Of a stretch of DNA of 20,000 nucleotides, positions 9,588 to 17,496 are shown one piece after another (position 1 is the stretch's first letter; each line of letters opens with the position of its first letter). This stretch comes from an uncultured virus (IMG/VR IMGVR_UViG_3300025400_000009) (Duplodnaviria; Heunggongvirae; Uroviricota; Caudoviricetes). A program made the position numbers and the translations under genes. Below the pieces are notes generated by a model. The model saw only the letters and a list, made by a program, of their open reading frames with translations. It was not told the origin of the DNA and did no database searches. The DNA is taken from IMG/VR virus record IMGVR_UViG_3300025400_000009; one strand, written 5' to 3'.

Positions 9588-10468
9588 ACTGCCATTGGAG
9601 CCTTAATGGCTTCGTGGCTTTCATAGCCTTCTAGTTCAATATCACTCATTTCAAAATCCATAATAACATTTACTTCTGGATTTAGTTTTAATGTAGGCAA
9701 GGGCAATGGTTTACGACTTATTTGCTCTTTAACTTGATCAAAATGGTTATTGTAAATGTGAGCATCACCGATGGTAATGACCAAATCTCCAACTTCCAGA
9801 TTACAAACTTGAGCGGCCATATGTGTAAACAATGCATATGATGCAATATTAAATGGTACACCTAAGAACATATCGGCACTACGTTGATACATCTGGCAAC
9901 TTAACTTACCGTTAGCAACATAGAACTGAGCAAGGATATGACACGGCGGAAGAGCCATTAAATCTAACTCACCTGGATTCCATGCGGTTATAATATGTCT
10001 ACGACTATATGGATCCTCTTTAATACCTTTGATGAGTTCGATCAACTGGTCATGATTTTGTAAAACAACTTTGTTGATACGCACCAAGGGCTTACGCCAC
10101 TTGCGCCATTGTACTCCGTAGATTCTACCTAAGTCACCGGAATGTCTTTGAAGTTTTTTACTAGTCCAATAAGGCGCACTAGCATTATCAGACCATATTG
10201 TTTTCTTTTCAGTATAACGTTCACCGTGTAAGATTTCTCTTAGGCGTAGTTCGTCTCCACTGCCTTCTAAAAACCAAAGTAGTTCACTAACAACAGCTCT
10301 CCAGGCCAGCTTCTTTGTAGTAACTGCTGGAAAGCCTTCTGTTAAATCAAAACGCATTTGAAGACCAAATATACTACGGGTGCCTGTGCCTGTACGATCA
10401 GGACGATCGTCACCGTTTTCTAAAATGTTTTTAAGTGCGTCTAGATAGACTTTTTCTGGATGTGTCAT
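9584..10468 (-). CDS. thyA: Thymidylate synthase
   Basis: Motifs DRTGTGT, FPAVTTKKL, ELLWFL, YGVQWR, SRRHII.AWNP, MALPPCH (catalytic Cys), YQRSADMFLGVPFNIASY and GDAHIYNNH. Confidence 0.97.
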   Translation of the reverse strand: MTHPEKVYLDALKNILENGDDRPDRTGTGTRSIFGLQMRFDLTEGFPAVTTKKLAWRAVVSELLWFLEGSGDELRLREILHGERYTEKKTIWSDNASAPYWTSKKLQRHSGDLGRIYGVQWRKWRKPLVRINKVVLQNHDQLIELIKGIKEDPYSRRHIITAWNPGELDLMALPPCHILAQFYVANGKLSCQMYQRSADMFLGVPFNIASYALFTHMAAQVCNLEVGDLVITIGDAHIYNNHFDQVKEQISRKPLPLPTLKLNPEVNVIMDFEMSDIELEGYESHEAIKAPMAV

Positions 10469-11112
10469 TCAGCAGCCGTTTCTACTTCTTTTTTCTTCTT
10501 GCTCTTTGGAGGATCAATTTCGTCTGCTTGTTTGCGTAGTACTTGAGCTTGTTTAAACAATGCATCAGCACGTGAGCGCATTTCGGCAGGAGTAAGTTCT
10601 AGACTAGCATTTTTAGATTCTGTAACAACAGGTGCAGTGGTGATTTCTTCACCGGCGTTTACACTAGAACTTGTTGTACGAGTTGGATCATCTTTTGGAG
10701 CAGTTTTTTTCTTTTGAGTGCCATCTGTTACCGCTAAGTCTTCGATGCTGATGCCCTTTTGTTGGGCAATCAGTTCATTTAACTCGTCTAACTGAATAGA
10801 AGCGTTTGTAGCAGGAGTCATGATAACTCCGTTGGTCGGAACCTTTTTAAGAAGACCTCTTTTGTGTAAAGATGCTAGAATGTTTTCACCATCTGGAAAC
10901 TTACGAACAGCTAAAATGTCTGCTAGTTCATTTGCTTGTTGTCCACTAATATCTTGTACAATACTCATAATAGTATCATGCCAAGTATCTGGCAAACTGC
11001 TAGTTCCGATAACTAGCGCACTAGTTGCATCTCCGGGTAATGTGCGATAAGCAACAAGGATTTTTGCCCCGTTGTTTTTCATTTTACCCACGTGTTTCAT
11101 TTCTCTTGCCAT
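10465..11112 (-). CDS. Hypothetical protein, 215 aa, with low-complexity linker and C-terminal helical segment
   Basis: SD GAGGT upstream. ATGA overlap with thyA. No family recognised. Confidence 0.8.
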   Translation of the reverse strand: MAREMKHVGKMKNNGAKILVAYRTLPGDATSALVIGTSSLPDTWHDTIMSIVQDISGQQANELADILAVRKFPDGENILASLHKRGLLKKVPTNGVIMTPATNASIQLDELNELIAQQKGISIEDLAVTDGTQKKKTAPKDDPTRTTSSSVNAGEEITTAPVVTESKNASLELTPAEMRSRADALFKQAQVLRKQADEIDPPKSKKKKEVETAAE

Positions 11113-11126
11113 ATTGCTACCTCTTA

Positions 11127-11381
11127 TTAGGCTGTTGGTGCTTCAGTTTGATCAGCTGGTTGTTGAGCCGGAGTAACAGCATTCAAGAATGTGTTTAGAC
11201 GATCAAATACTTGACCAACTGATGTAGCTTCTGCGGCACCAAATGCACCGCGACGTACTGCTAAATCAACAACTGCACGTAGATTTTGTAAATCTTGAAT
11301 GCTTAGTTGTGGTTGTTGTGGTTGTTCTACTGGCGCATCTCCGCCAACTGCTGTGCTTGCTACTTGTGCTTCATCTGACAT
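11127..11381 (-). CDS. Hypothetical protein, 84 aa
   Basis: SD AAAGGA and tandem TAA TAA stop. Helical core LSIQDLQNLRAVVDLAVRRGAF flanked by Q/P/A-rich tails. Confidence 0.8.
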   Translation of the reverse strand: MSDEAQVASTAVGGDAPVEQPQQPQLSIQDLQNLRAVVDLAVRRGAFGAAEATSVGQVFDRLNTFLNAVTPAQQPADQTEAPTA

Positions 11382-11393
11382 TTTTATTTTCCT

Positions 11394-11675
11394 TTATGTT
11401 TTATGAATATGTGGACACCCTAAGGAAAACATTGTGAGTTCCATAGGATCTTCCATACCAACTTCTATTACCTCAGATATTTTATTATTGTTATCTAAGG
11501 CAAAAGATTTCTTAATAGTATACCTACTATTTAAGTTATAAGTAATCCACTGATCTAACAATTTGATATCGCATAACTTTGATACTTTGACGGTGGTAAA
11601 GTGTGCTGGAATGAAACTTAACTGTCTTATTCCTAACACACTTAAAGGGTTTACTTCACCTCTAGCCAATGCCAT
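11394..11675 (-). CDS. Hypothetical protein, 93 aa
   Basis: Fills the gap between neighbours on the operon strand and starts 2 nt after the upstream stop. Confidence 0.7.
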   Translation of the reverse strand: MALARGEVNPLSVLGIRQLSFIPAHFTTVKVSKLCDIKLLDQWITYNLNSRYTIKKSFALDNNNKISEVIEVGMEDPMELTMFSLGCPHIHKT

Positions 11676-11677
11676 AC

Positions 11678-12955
11678 TTAATCTTCTTTGTAGTAAGCAG
11701 TTTGACCAAATGGCGCTACGATAGTATCATTACCGTGGATGATGAACAGGCTTTCGCAGTAGTTCTCATCGCCCCAGCTACCGCATGGATAACCATCTGT
11801 AAACATAATGAAGCGTTTTGGCTCAATGCCTTCTTCCTTCATAAAGTTATAGCAAGCATCAAAGTCAGTACCGCCACCACCTTTGGGTTCATAATCCGTG
11901 ATCTCGTCGGCATTGTCGCCTGTAAACTTAACATAGTTATAAACTTCAGTGTCGAAGCAGAACAAGTCTAGTTTAAAGTCTTTGTATTCTTCCATAATGC
12001 CCTTAACTTCACCTAAGAAGTCTTGTGCCATTTTGTTGCTAATAGAACCAGACATATCGATTGCCACTGACACATCGATAGTTTCTTCGTTCATCATACC
12101 TGGCAACACGGCACCGCAATGTTGGCTCTTACGATTTGGACGTTGGAAACTAAAGTTGCTTTTAATGATACTTTGGATGTTCATACGCAACATTTGACGC
12201 CAATCCATTTTGGGTTCAGTAAAGTCAGTAATGTAACGTTGAACGCCGGCAGGAATACGACCGGCCCCGGCTGCTTGAGCTGCCGCTACCATGGCTTCTT
12301 TGATTTCGTCCTTGATCTTTTTCTTTTCTTCTTCAGTTAGTTTAGGACGACCTTTGCCCTTGCCCTCGCCGTCAACTTCTTTACCATCGCCGCCGTCACT
12401 TTCTTCATCGCCATCACCGTCCAAATGTTCGTCTAACAACTCACCGATTTCTTCCCAAGAAATCTTTTCAGCATTTTCGTACAAGTGATCATAGATCTGT
12501 TCGTAACTCCAGCCACGATACTTATTATCTTGGAAGATTTTAATATCTTTTGGAACTTCTCCAATGCGTTCGTCTTTTAAGATTTGATTAACAGCATAGT
12601 CGGCGGCAATGTTTGACAACTGACCATCACGATTATCGCGGCGTCCCAAATGGTCAAACACATTATGTAGTACTTCGTGTGCAAAACCAAATTCACATTC
12701 TTTTGGAGTTAATTTATTAACAAAATCGTTACTGTAATAGAAGTTCCGTCCATCTGTAGCCAAAGTACTACACCAGTCACTGGCATCGATTAGTTTCATA
12801 CGAGTGGCCATGTTGCCAAAGAATGGGTGACGTAACAACAAACCAATACGAGCGGTTACAAGTTTTTCAACAATCTTGTTTTTTTCCGATTCAGAAAATA
12901 CTTTACGTTCTGCTTTTGCTAGTTTTTTATTTGCTGTAGAAGTTTGAGTAGACAT
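11678..12955 (-). CDS. Putative metallopeptidase (HEXXH) plus VWA domain protein (DUF2201-like)
   Basis: N-terminal TLATDG and AHEVLH (HEXXH), then NIAADYAVN and an acidic Gly-rich linker. The C-terminal MIDAS elements are IDMSGS (DxSxS), GGGGTDF and FTDG. SD AGGAG at 12961-12965. Confidence 0.88.
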   Translation of the reverse strand: MSTQTSTANKKLAKAERKVFSESEKNKIVEKLVTARIGLLLRHPFFGNMATRMKLIDASDWCSTLATDGRNFYYSNDFVNKLTPKECEFGFAHEVLHNVFDHLGRRDNRDGQLSNIAADYAVNQILKDERIGEVPKDIKIFQDNKYRGWSYEQIYDHLYENAEKISWEEIGELLDEHLDGDGDEESDGGDGKEVDGEGKGKGRPKLTEEEKKKIKDEIKEAMVAAAQAAGAGRIPAGVQRYITDFTEPKMDWRQMLRMNIQSIIKSNFSFQRPNRKSQHCGAVLPGMMNEETIDVSVAIDMSGSISNKMAQDFLGEVKGIMEEYKDFKLDLFCFDTEVYNYVKFTGDNADEITDYEPKGGGGTDFDACYNFMKEEGIEPKRFIMFTDGYPCGSWGDENYCESLFIIHGNDTIVAPFGQTAYYKED

Positions 12956-12976
12956 TACTGCTCCTGTTAAAATACT

Positions 12977-13005
12977 ATTATACTAAAATTTATCTAGTTT
13001 GTCAA
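12977..13005 (-). promoter_or_regulatory. Perfect-consensus sigma70-type promoter for the VWA gene
   Basis: Minus strand TTGACA (13005-13000), 17 nt spacer, TATAAT (12982-12977). Confidence 0.9.
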
Positions 13006-13006
13006 T

Positions 13007-13026
13007 AAAAAAGGGGCCTAAGCCCC
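13007..13026 (-). terminator. Intrinsic terminator after the AAA ATPase gene
   Basis: Minus strand GGGGC-TTAG-GCCCC-TTTTTT, 4 nt after the ATPase stop codon. Confidence 0.85.
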
Positions 13027-13030
13027 AATT

Positions 13031-14110
13031 TTATTCCATAGCCTGGATAATGAACTTACCGTATTTGTCGTGGAAGCGATCAAAGTTCTTTAACTTAGAC
13101 GCATCAAACGGCAATTGATAGTTCGTGAGCGCCACTTTGGCCCCCATCACAACCAACTCAGTTGGGAAATTGTCCATCATGAAGCCGAAGAAGTTATCTG
13201 CCATCTTGTCCCAATCTTTAACCTTCTTTTGGCTAGCGGTTTGGAGTTCGTAACACATAGACACTGTCAAAGAATACATAGCAGAAATTTCTTTGATATC
13301 ACATTTAATAACTTTGCCGTTCAAAATGTCTGCTGGGTTAGGCATTTGTTTGGCAACACGACGGTGAGCCATGAACTTAACAGCAAGACCTTCACCAATA
13401 GCACCAGCAACCAAATCGGTCAAAGTACCTTCTGGCAAGTCGTCGTCCTTTAGCAAGTCGCTAACAAAGCTCCAAGAACGGGGAGTAGCAAACGCACGGC
13501 TTGAAGATTTTGGATCAAAATCATACAAGTCTTGTTTAGCAAAGCCAACATAGCCAACAACCTGTTCGTGAACCTTGTTGTTAACAGCCCATTCTTGCCA
13601 ATCTTCAAAATCACTCTTCAATTCTAAGTGAACGAAACGGTTAGCCAACGGAGCAGGCATACGATAAGTAACACCTTTATCGCTTTCGCGGTTACCAGCG
13701 GCAACAATACTAACACCATCTGGCAACTTGTAAGTACCAACACGGCGATTCAAAACCAACTGGAAAGCCGCTGCCTGTGTAGCAGGAGCCGCAGAGTTCA
13801 ACTCGTCCAAGAACAGGATAGCAGTAGAGTTAGGATCAGTGGGCAATTCAGCAGGAGGAGCCCAACTCATTGTGTTAGCATTGGCATCAAAGTATGGAAT
13901 ACCTTTAATGTCAGTGGGTTCCCAAAGGCTCAACCGAACGTCGATAACTTCTCGACCTTGTTTGTCACCAATCTGTTTAACAATATCGGATTTACCAATG
14001 CCTGGAGGGCCCCACATGAATACAGGGCGTTGAATCTTAACGCACTTCTCGATACTACGCTTGGCTTCGTTAGGCGTAACGGTGCGATTTGAACTGATCT
14101 TTTCTGCCAT
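13031..14110 (-). CDS. MoxR/dynein-related AAA+ ATPase
   Basis: Walker A GPPGIGKS, Walker B ILFLDELN, sensor I AAGNR, arginine finger PLANRF and sensor II TPRSW. The ATG at 14110 is preferred over the TTG at 14116. Adjacent to a VWA protein, as is typical for this family. Confidence 0.92.
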   Translation of the reverse strand: MAEKISSNRTVTPNEAKRSIEKCVKIQRPVFMWGPPGIGKSDIVKQIGDKQGREVIDVRLSLWEPTDIKGIPYFDANANTMSWAPPAELPTDPNSTAILFLDELNSAAPATQAAAFQLVLNRRVGTYKLPDGVSIVAAGNRESDKGVTYRMPAPLANRFVHLELKSDFEDWQEWAVNNKVHEQVVGYVGFAKQDLYDFDPKSSSRAFATPRSWSFVSDLLKDDDLPEGTLTDLVAGAIGEGLAVKFMAHRRVAKQMPNPADILNGKVIKCDIKEISAMYSLTVSMCYELQTASQKKVKDWDKMADNFFGFMMDNFPTELVVMGAKVALTNYQLPFDASKLKNFDRFHDKYGKFIIQAME

Positions 14111-14170
14111 AGTCAACTTTCTTAAGTTAAAAAAATATTTTACTGTTGCACTCTGCTTCAGTATGTAACT

Positions 14171-14199
14171 ATTGTAACGCAGATCTGTGTTTAAGTCAA
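14171..14199 (-). promoter_or_regulatory. Sigma70-type promoter for the AAA ATPase gene
   Basis: Minus strand TTGACT (14199-14194), 17 nt spacer, TACAAT (14176-14171). The -35 box lies in the last codons of the upstream gene. Confidence 0.75.
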
Positions 14200-14574
14200 T
14201 GGAGTTTTTGGTTTTTTTGCTTTAGCGGCACTGTATCTTACAATGTTGCCAGAAAACAACACTAGCTGAATAGCCATTTTTTCATCAAATACATAGATTT
14301 CATCTTTGGTAATATACCAAGGGCTTTCGATTAGATTATCTAACCAAATAATAACTTGATTAGTATATTCTACAGGTTCATCTAATGTAACTTTATGTGC
14401 TTTGATATGAGCAGTTAATCGAGCAAACCCTTCGTCAGTTAATCTAAGCCCGCCCTTTTCTTTATTACGATAGTTAAACCACCATTGTGGTAACAACTTA
14501 CGAATGGATTTTTCATCCGTGGGTAGATTAAACTGTTCTGCAATATATCGGGTAATATCAATCTTCAGAGTCAT
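14191..14574 (-). CDS. Hypothetical protein, 127 aa
   Basis: Overlaps the upstream ORF by 17 nt on the operon strand. Contains WW.N.R.K..GGLRLTDEG. No family recognised. Confidence 0.75.
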   Translation of the reverse strand: MTLKIDITRYIAEQFNLPTDEKSIRKLLPQWWFNYRNKEKGGLRLTDEGFARLTAHIKAHKVTLDEPVEYTNQVIIWLDNLIESPWYITKDEIYVFDEKMAIQLVLFSGNIVRYSAAKAKKPKTPLT

Positions 14575-14857
14575 TGGTTAACTTTTCTCCAGTAACCAAT
14601 TTATAGACAGAAAAATCTTGAGTATTAAACTGTTTATTAAGTTTTTCAGCAAGATTATGGGCATGACCGGCATTTGAAAATGATACTTTTTTATATTTAG
14701 GACCAATTTTCTGTGCAAGAATACTACTAGTTTTTAAATTAATAGGCTTGTCTTGATAAAATACAGCCCAAATAGCCTCAGCATCTAAAACTTGTTCTGT
14801 TTTATACGTCTTTTTATTGGTTAGTTCTAATAATATGGTTGGCTTGGGTCTGCTCAT
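14558..14857 (-). CDS. Hypothetical basic protein, 99 aa (MSRPKPTILLE...)
   Basis: Start reassigned to the ATG at 14857, which has GGAG at 14863-14866 and avoids overlap with the upstream gene. Confidence 0.8.
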   Translation of the reverse strand: MSRPKPTILLELTNKKTYKTEQVLDAEAIWAVFYQDKPINLKTSSILAQKIGPKYKKVSFSNAGHAHNLAEKLNKQFNTQDFSVYKLVTGEKLTNDSED

Positions 14858-14887
14858 ATACGCTCCATAAGTGCGTATATATTTATT
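14855..14887 (-). promoter_or_regulatory. RBS/start-sequestering hairpin overlapped by a late-promoter-like motif
   Basis: Perfect 8 bp inverted repeat ATATACGC (14856-14863) / GCGTATAT (14873-14880). The minus-strand motif AATAAATA lies at 14887-14880. Confidence 0.55.
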
Positions 14888-15104
14888 AAAAACTGTTAAA
14901 ACCGCCACCGTCCATTTTAATAACAATAGTTTCGTCGCTGGTATTAGGGCCGCCTGCTAATCTTGTCATAACCAAAGATAAACTATTCTGTAAATCAGTT
15001 ACTTCTTTAAGACTTAGCACTAGATTTTTTTGATTACTTTTAATAGCAATCCGTGCTTTATTTAAAAAATCTTCGATTGGTAATGTGTTTATTGTATTAC
15101 TCAT
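14886..15104 (-). CDS. Hypothetical protein, 72 aa
   Basis: Overlaps the upstream gene by 8 nt. Ends with MDGGGF. Confidence 0.7.
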   Translation of the reverse strand: MSNTINTLPIEDFLNKARIAIKSNQKNLVLSLKEVTDLQNSLSLVMTRLAGGPNTSDETIVIKMDGGGFNSF

Positions 15105-15585
15105 TTGATTTAATCTCTTTTATTAATACCGTTTTTAATTCTTCTTCAGTTTTAAAAGGTCCGTAGTATGGATAACGCTCTAAAGTAATTAGTTTAGGGC
15201 AAAACGATTTAACCCAACCTTTACTAAACTTAATAATATAATGTCCTGCACATAACTGACTTTTACTTTTAGAACGTTTTGTATATAAAGGTAGTTTCTT
15301 TTGAACATTATATAAAGGTTCATAGGGTTTAGTCTTACACGGATAATCATAAATGCTATATGATACTGGCTCTAGAATATCTCGTTTTACTTTTTTAATA
15401 CTTTCTTCAAATAAAGCAATACCCACTGCATTTTTAACTTCGGTTAAATCTTTAAAAGGTATGGCTTTACCGTGATGTAATACCAAATAACCTTTTTTGA
15501 CCTTACTGATACTACCGATTTTTTTATTACCGGATTTAATCAACCATTCTTGGTTGGGAATTAATACTTTGGCATTTGTTGACAT
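15097..15585 (-). CDS. Hypothetical Lys-rich protein, 162 aa
   Basis: Starts 2 nt after the exonuclease stop. Contains the motif W.KSFCPKLITL.RY.Y.GPFKT. No family recognised. Confidence 0.8.
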   Translation of the reverse strand: MSTNAKVLIPNQEWLIKSGNKKIGSISKVKKGYLVLHHGKAIPFKDLTEVKNAVGIALFEESIKKVKRDILEPVSYSIYDYPCKTKPYEPLYNVQKKLPLYTKRSKSKSQLCAGHYIIKFSKGWVKSFCPKLITLERYPYYGPFKTEEELKTVLIKEIKSNE

Positions 15586-15587
15586 TT

Positions 15588-16577
15588 TTATACATACCTT
15601 GCATTTAATGGTTCTGCGTAGCTTTGAACTTGTTCGCTTACTTTGACCATATCAAACTCGGCGCAGAATTTTAATAATCGAATACCAACTTGTGGAATAT
15701 TTTTTTCTGCCGTAGTTGCTGTATCGATTGTTTCTTTAATCAAAAGTTTAATATCTTCGGGTTGTGCTGTCAAGTCGCATAGTGTGACATTACGATTGTA
15801 ATCGTCTAACACACGGTGTTCGACACCTTCGTGGTCAGTCCAGCGCTGGAGCATGAGATTGTTCCAAGAGTATCCTTTGGTATTTCGATCGGCATAGGCC
15901 TCCTGGAGACCAACTTTATTCTTTGTTCCTTTAGTACGAACTCCCGGATAAGCAGAAAAGACGTTGTCTGAGGTATCTCCTCGCATACACTTCTCGAAAA
16001 GTAACCACTTGGGGTCTGGTGCAGGCTTTTCCTCTTTAGTTTTTTTATCAATAACACGCTTGCCTTTAGCATCGAAATATCCTTCGTGTGTTGTAGTGAT
16101 TTCCATTACACCGTTATATTGTCGAACATTTGGAGCAATCAGCTGTGCAAAATCTCCATCTGTTGAAATAATCACGTGGTTATCGTCGGGATGTGCCTGT
16201 ATGAAACCTGCAATCAAATCATCTGCTTCGAGTTGCGGATGTTGTAGTACAGTTGTATTGGTTTTCGTAGTGATAAAATCTTTGAACTGGTCAAAGGTTT
16301 CCCAAAATACACGTTCTTCTTCTTGTTCTCTGGGATTCATTGCGGCACGACCTTCTGCTCGTTGTGCCTTATAAGGAGTATAAAAACTTTTACGCCACGA
16401 GCGACCTTCTAAACAGAATACCACATGGTCACCTTTAAAGTCCTTCCATGCTTTACGAACACTGCCAAGCACTGTATGAATACTCATACCAATCTTGTCA
16501 TTAAGGTCTCCCCTAATAACATGTCGTGCTCTAAAAAATGTATTTGCTGTATCTACTAGAATGTATGTTTTGTTCAT
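15588..16577 (-). CDS. rnh: T4 RNase H-like / FEN-family 5'-3' exonuclease
   Basis: PIN/FEN acidic motifs ILVDTAN, LEGRSWRK..Y..YKAQR, EADDLIA, IISTDGDFAQL, and H3TH motif RGDTSDNV...PGV. Confidence 0.88.
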   Translation of the reverse strand: MNKTYILVDTANTFFRARHVIRGDLNDKIGMSIHTVLGSVRKAWKDFKGDHVVFCLEGRSWRKSFYTPYKAQRAEGRAAMNPREQEEERVFWETFDQFKDFITTKTNTTVLQHPQLEADDLIAGFIQAHPDDNHVIISTDGDFAQLIAPNVRQYNGVMEITTTHEGYFDAKGKRVIDKKTKEEKPAPDPKWLLFEKCMRGDTSDNVFSAYPGVRTKGTKNKVGLQEAYADRNTKGYSWNNLMLQRWTDHEGVEHRVLDDYNRNVTLCDLTAQPEDIKLLIKETIDTATTAEKNIPQVGIRLLKFCAEFDMVKVSEQVQSYAEPLNARYV

Positions 16578-17011
16578 TAAGAAACTTCCGTTTTACCATC
16601 ATCACGTAGCGTACGAGTAACAGATCCACTAGATCTGCGTGTCATATCGATACCCTCTTCGCCTGCAACATTACGACAAAGTTCAGTAAACCATTCGTCA
16701 ACAACGGCTTCTTCATCTTCGCCTAAATATCCGTCAGCACGTAATTGTAACACAAAGTATTCATTCCAGTCAAGTTCAAAGAAACCGTTGCGAGCATTAT
16801 CTTTGCCTACATGGGTTTCGACTACAGATACCCACGGTTCTTTATTTTCTGTAGCAATCTCTTTTGGAGTCTTAGTAGGTTTGGTTGCTTCGGCTAACTT
16901 GGATTCAGTTTCCTTAATCTTATTAGCCATTTCTTCTGCATATTTTCTTGCAGCTTGAGCTTCTTCTTCTAGTTTATCTAAGCCCAATGCTTTTTTAATA
17001 AAATTTCTCAT
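16577..17011 (-). CDS. Hypothetical protein, 144 aa, with N-terminal coiled coil
   Basis: SD AAGGT. TAATG overlap with the exonuclease gene. Contains NGFFELDWNEYF. Confidence 0.8.
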   Translation of the reverse strand: MRNFIKKALGLDKLEEEAQAARKYAEEMANKIKETESKLAEATKPTKTPKEIATENKEPWVSVVETHVGKDNARNGFFELDWNEYFVLQLRADGYLGEDEEAVVDEWFTELCRNVAGEEGIDMTRRSSGSVTRTLRDDGKTEVS

Positions 17012-17014
17012 AGT

Positions 17015-17251
17015 TTACCTTTTTAATTGCCAAATTAAATGTTCGTGTTTGTTGTGCCACCTATATAGGTATATAGGATCACCTGGGCCAGTAATCATTT
17101 TGGTAAATTTATAGCCCCGTTCTAACCAAATTCTTTTTCCTGTTAAAGCACAGCGTTTAGGAAAAACTGCAAATTTGTATTCAACACTTGCGGTTTTGTA
17201 AAACCATAGGTCATCTGATGTTGTATCATTATAATTCTTACCAAACATCAT
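17015..17251 (-). CDS. Hypothetical protein, 78 aa
   Basis: ATGA overlap with the upstream ORF. Contains P.RC.LTGK.IWL..GY. Confidence 0.7.
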   Translation of the reverse strand: MMFGKNYNDTTSDDLWFYKTASVEYKFAVFPKRCALTGKRIWLERGYKFTKMITGPGDPIYLYRWHNKHEHLIWQLKR

Positions 17252-17496
17252 TTGCCTTCGTATGCCGGATTTGGAATATCTAACTCAAATATATGGAACT
17301 TGTCTTTACTATCGGTAGCACTAGCAACCAGTAGTTCCATTGTTCTATATTTTTCTGCTTCCTCTCGAGTAAAATAAAACCCAGTCGCTCCGCCGCCAGG
17401 ACTAGCCGTACCTGTAGGATACAGATAGAAGTTAGGTGATTGTTTTAACAACATATACACCTTTAGAAACTTTGGAGCCAGCAACGGTTCGGCCAT
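17248..17496 (-). CDS. Hypothetical protein, 82 aa
   Basis: The likely start is the ATG at 17496, in a TAATG overlap with the queE stop, with GGGGA upstream. Confidence 0.65.
   Translation of the reverse strand: MAEPLLAPKFLKVYMLLKQSPNFYLYPTGTASPGGGATGFYFTREEAEKYRTMELLVASATDSKDKFHIFELDIPNPAYEGK

Noticed and set aside
9584..10468. thyA as a base-modifying dCMP/dUMP hydroxymethylase supplying an acceptor for the glycosyltransferase
   Set aside because: It keeps the canonical dUMP-specifying Asn (GVPFNIASY) and all standard ThyA motifs, so it reads as an ordinary thymidylate synthase. It is also uninterrupted, with no td-type intron.
12300..12430. Low-complexity DNA (repeated TCGCC/CTT units) as a possible repeat array
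   Set aside because: It encodes the acidic Gly/Lys-rich linker of the VWA protein and has no regular repeat-spacer structure.
11669..14092. Plus-strand ORFs antisense to the VWA and ATPase genes (for example 11669-11971, 13115-13453, 13628-14092)
   Set aside because: Shadow ORFs caused by codon bias of the real minus-strand genes. They have no RBS or recognisable motifs.
14858..14926. N-terminal extension of the 14558 ORF given by the ORF track
   Set aside because: It overlaps the upstream gene and spans the regulatory hairpin. The ATG at 14857 has a proper GGAG.
15806..16374. Nested ORFs 15806-16072 (-) and 15964-16374 (+) in the exonuclease gene
   Set aside because: They lie wholly within a well-supported gene and have no independent evidence.
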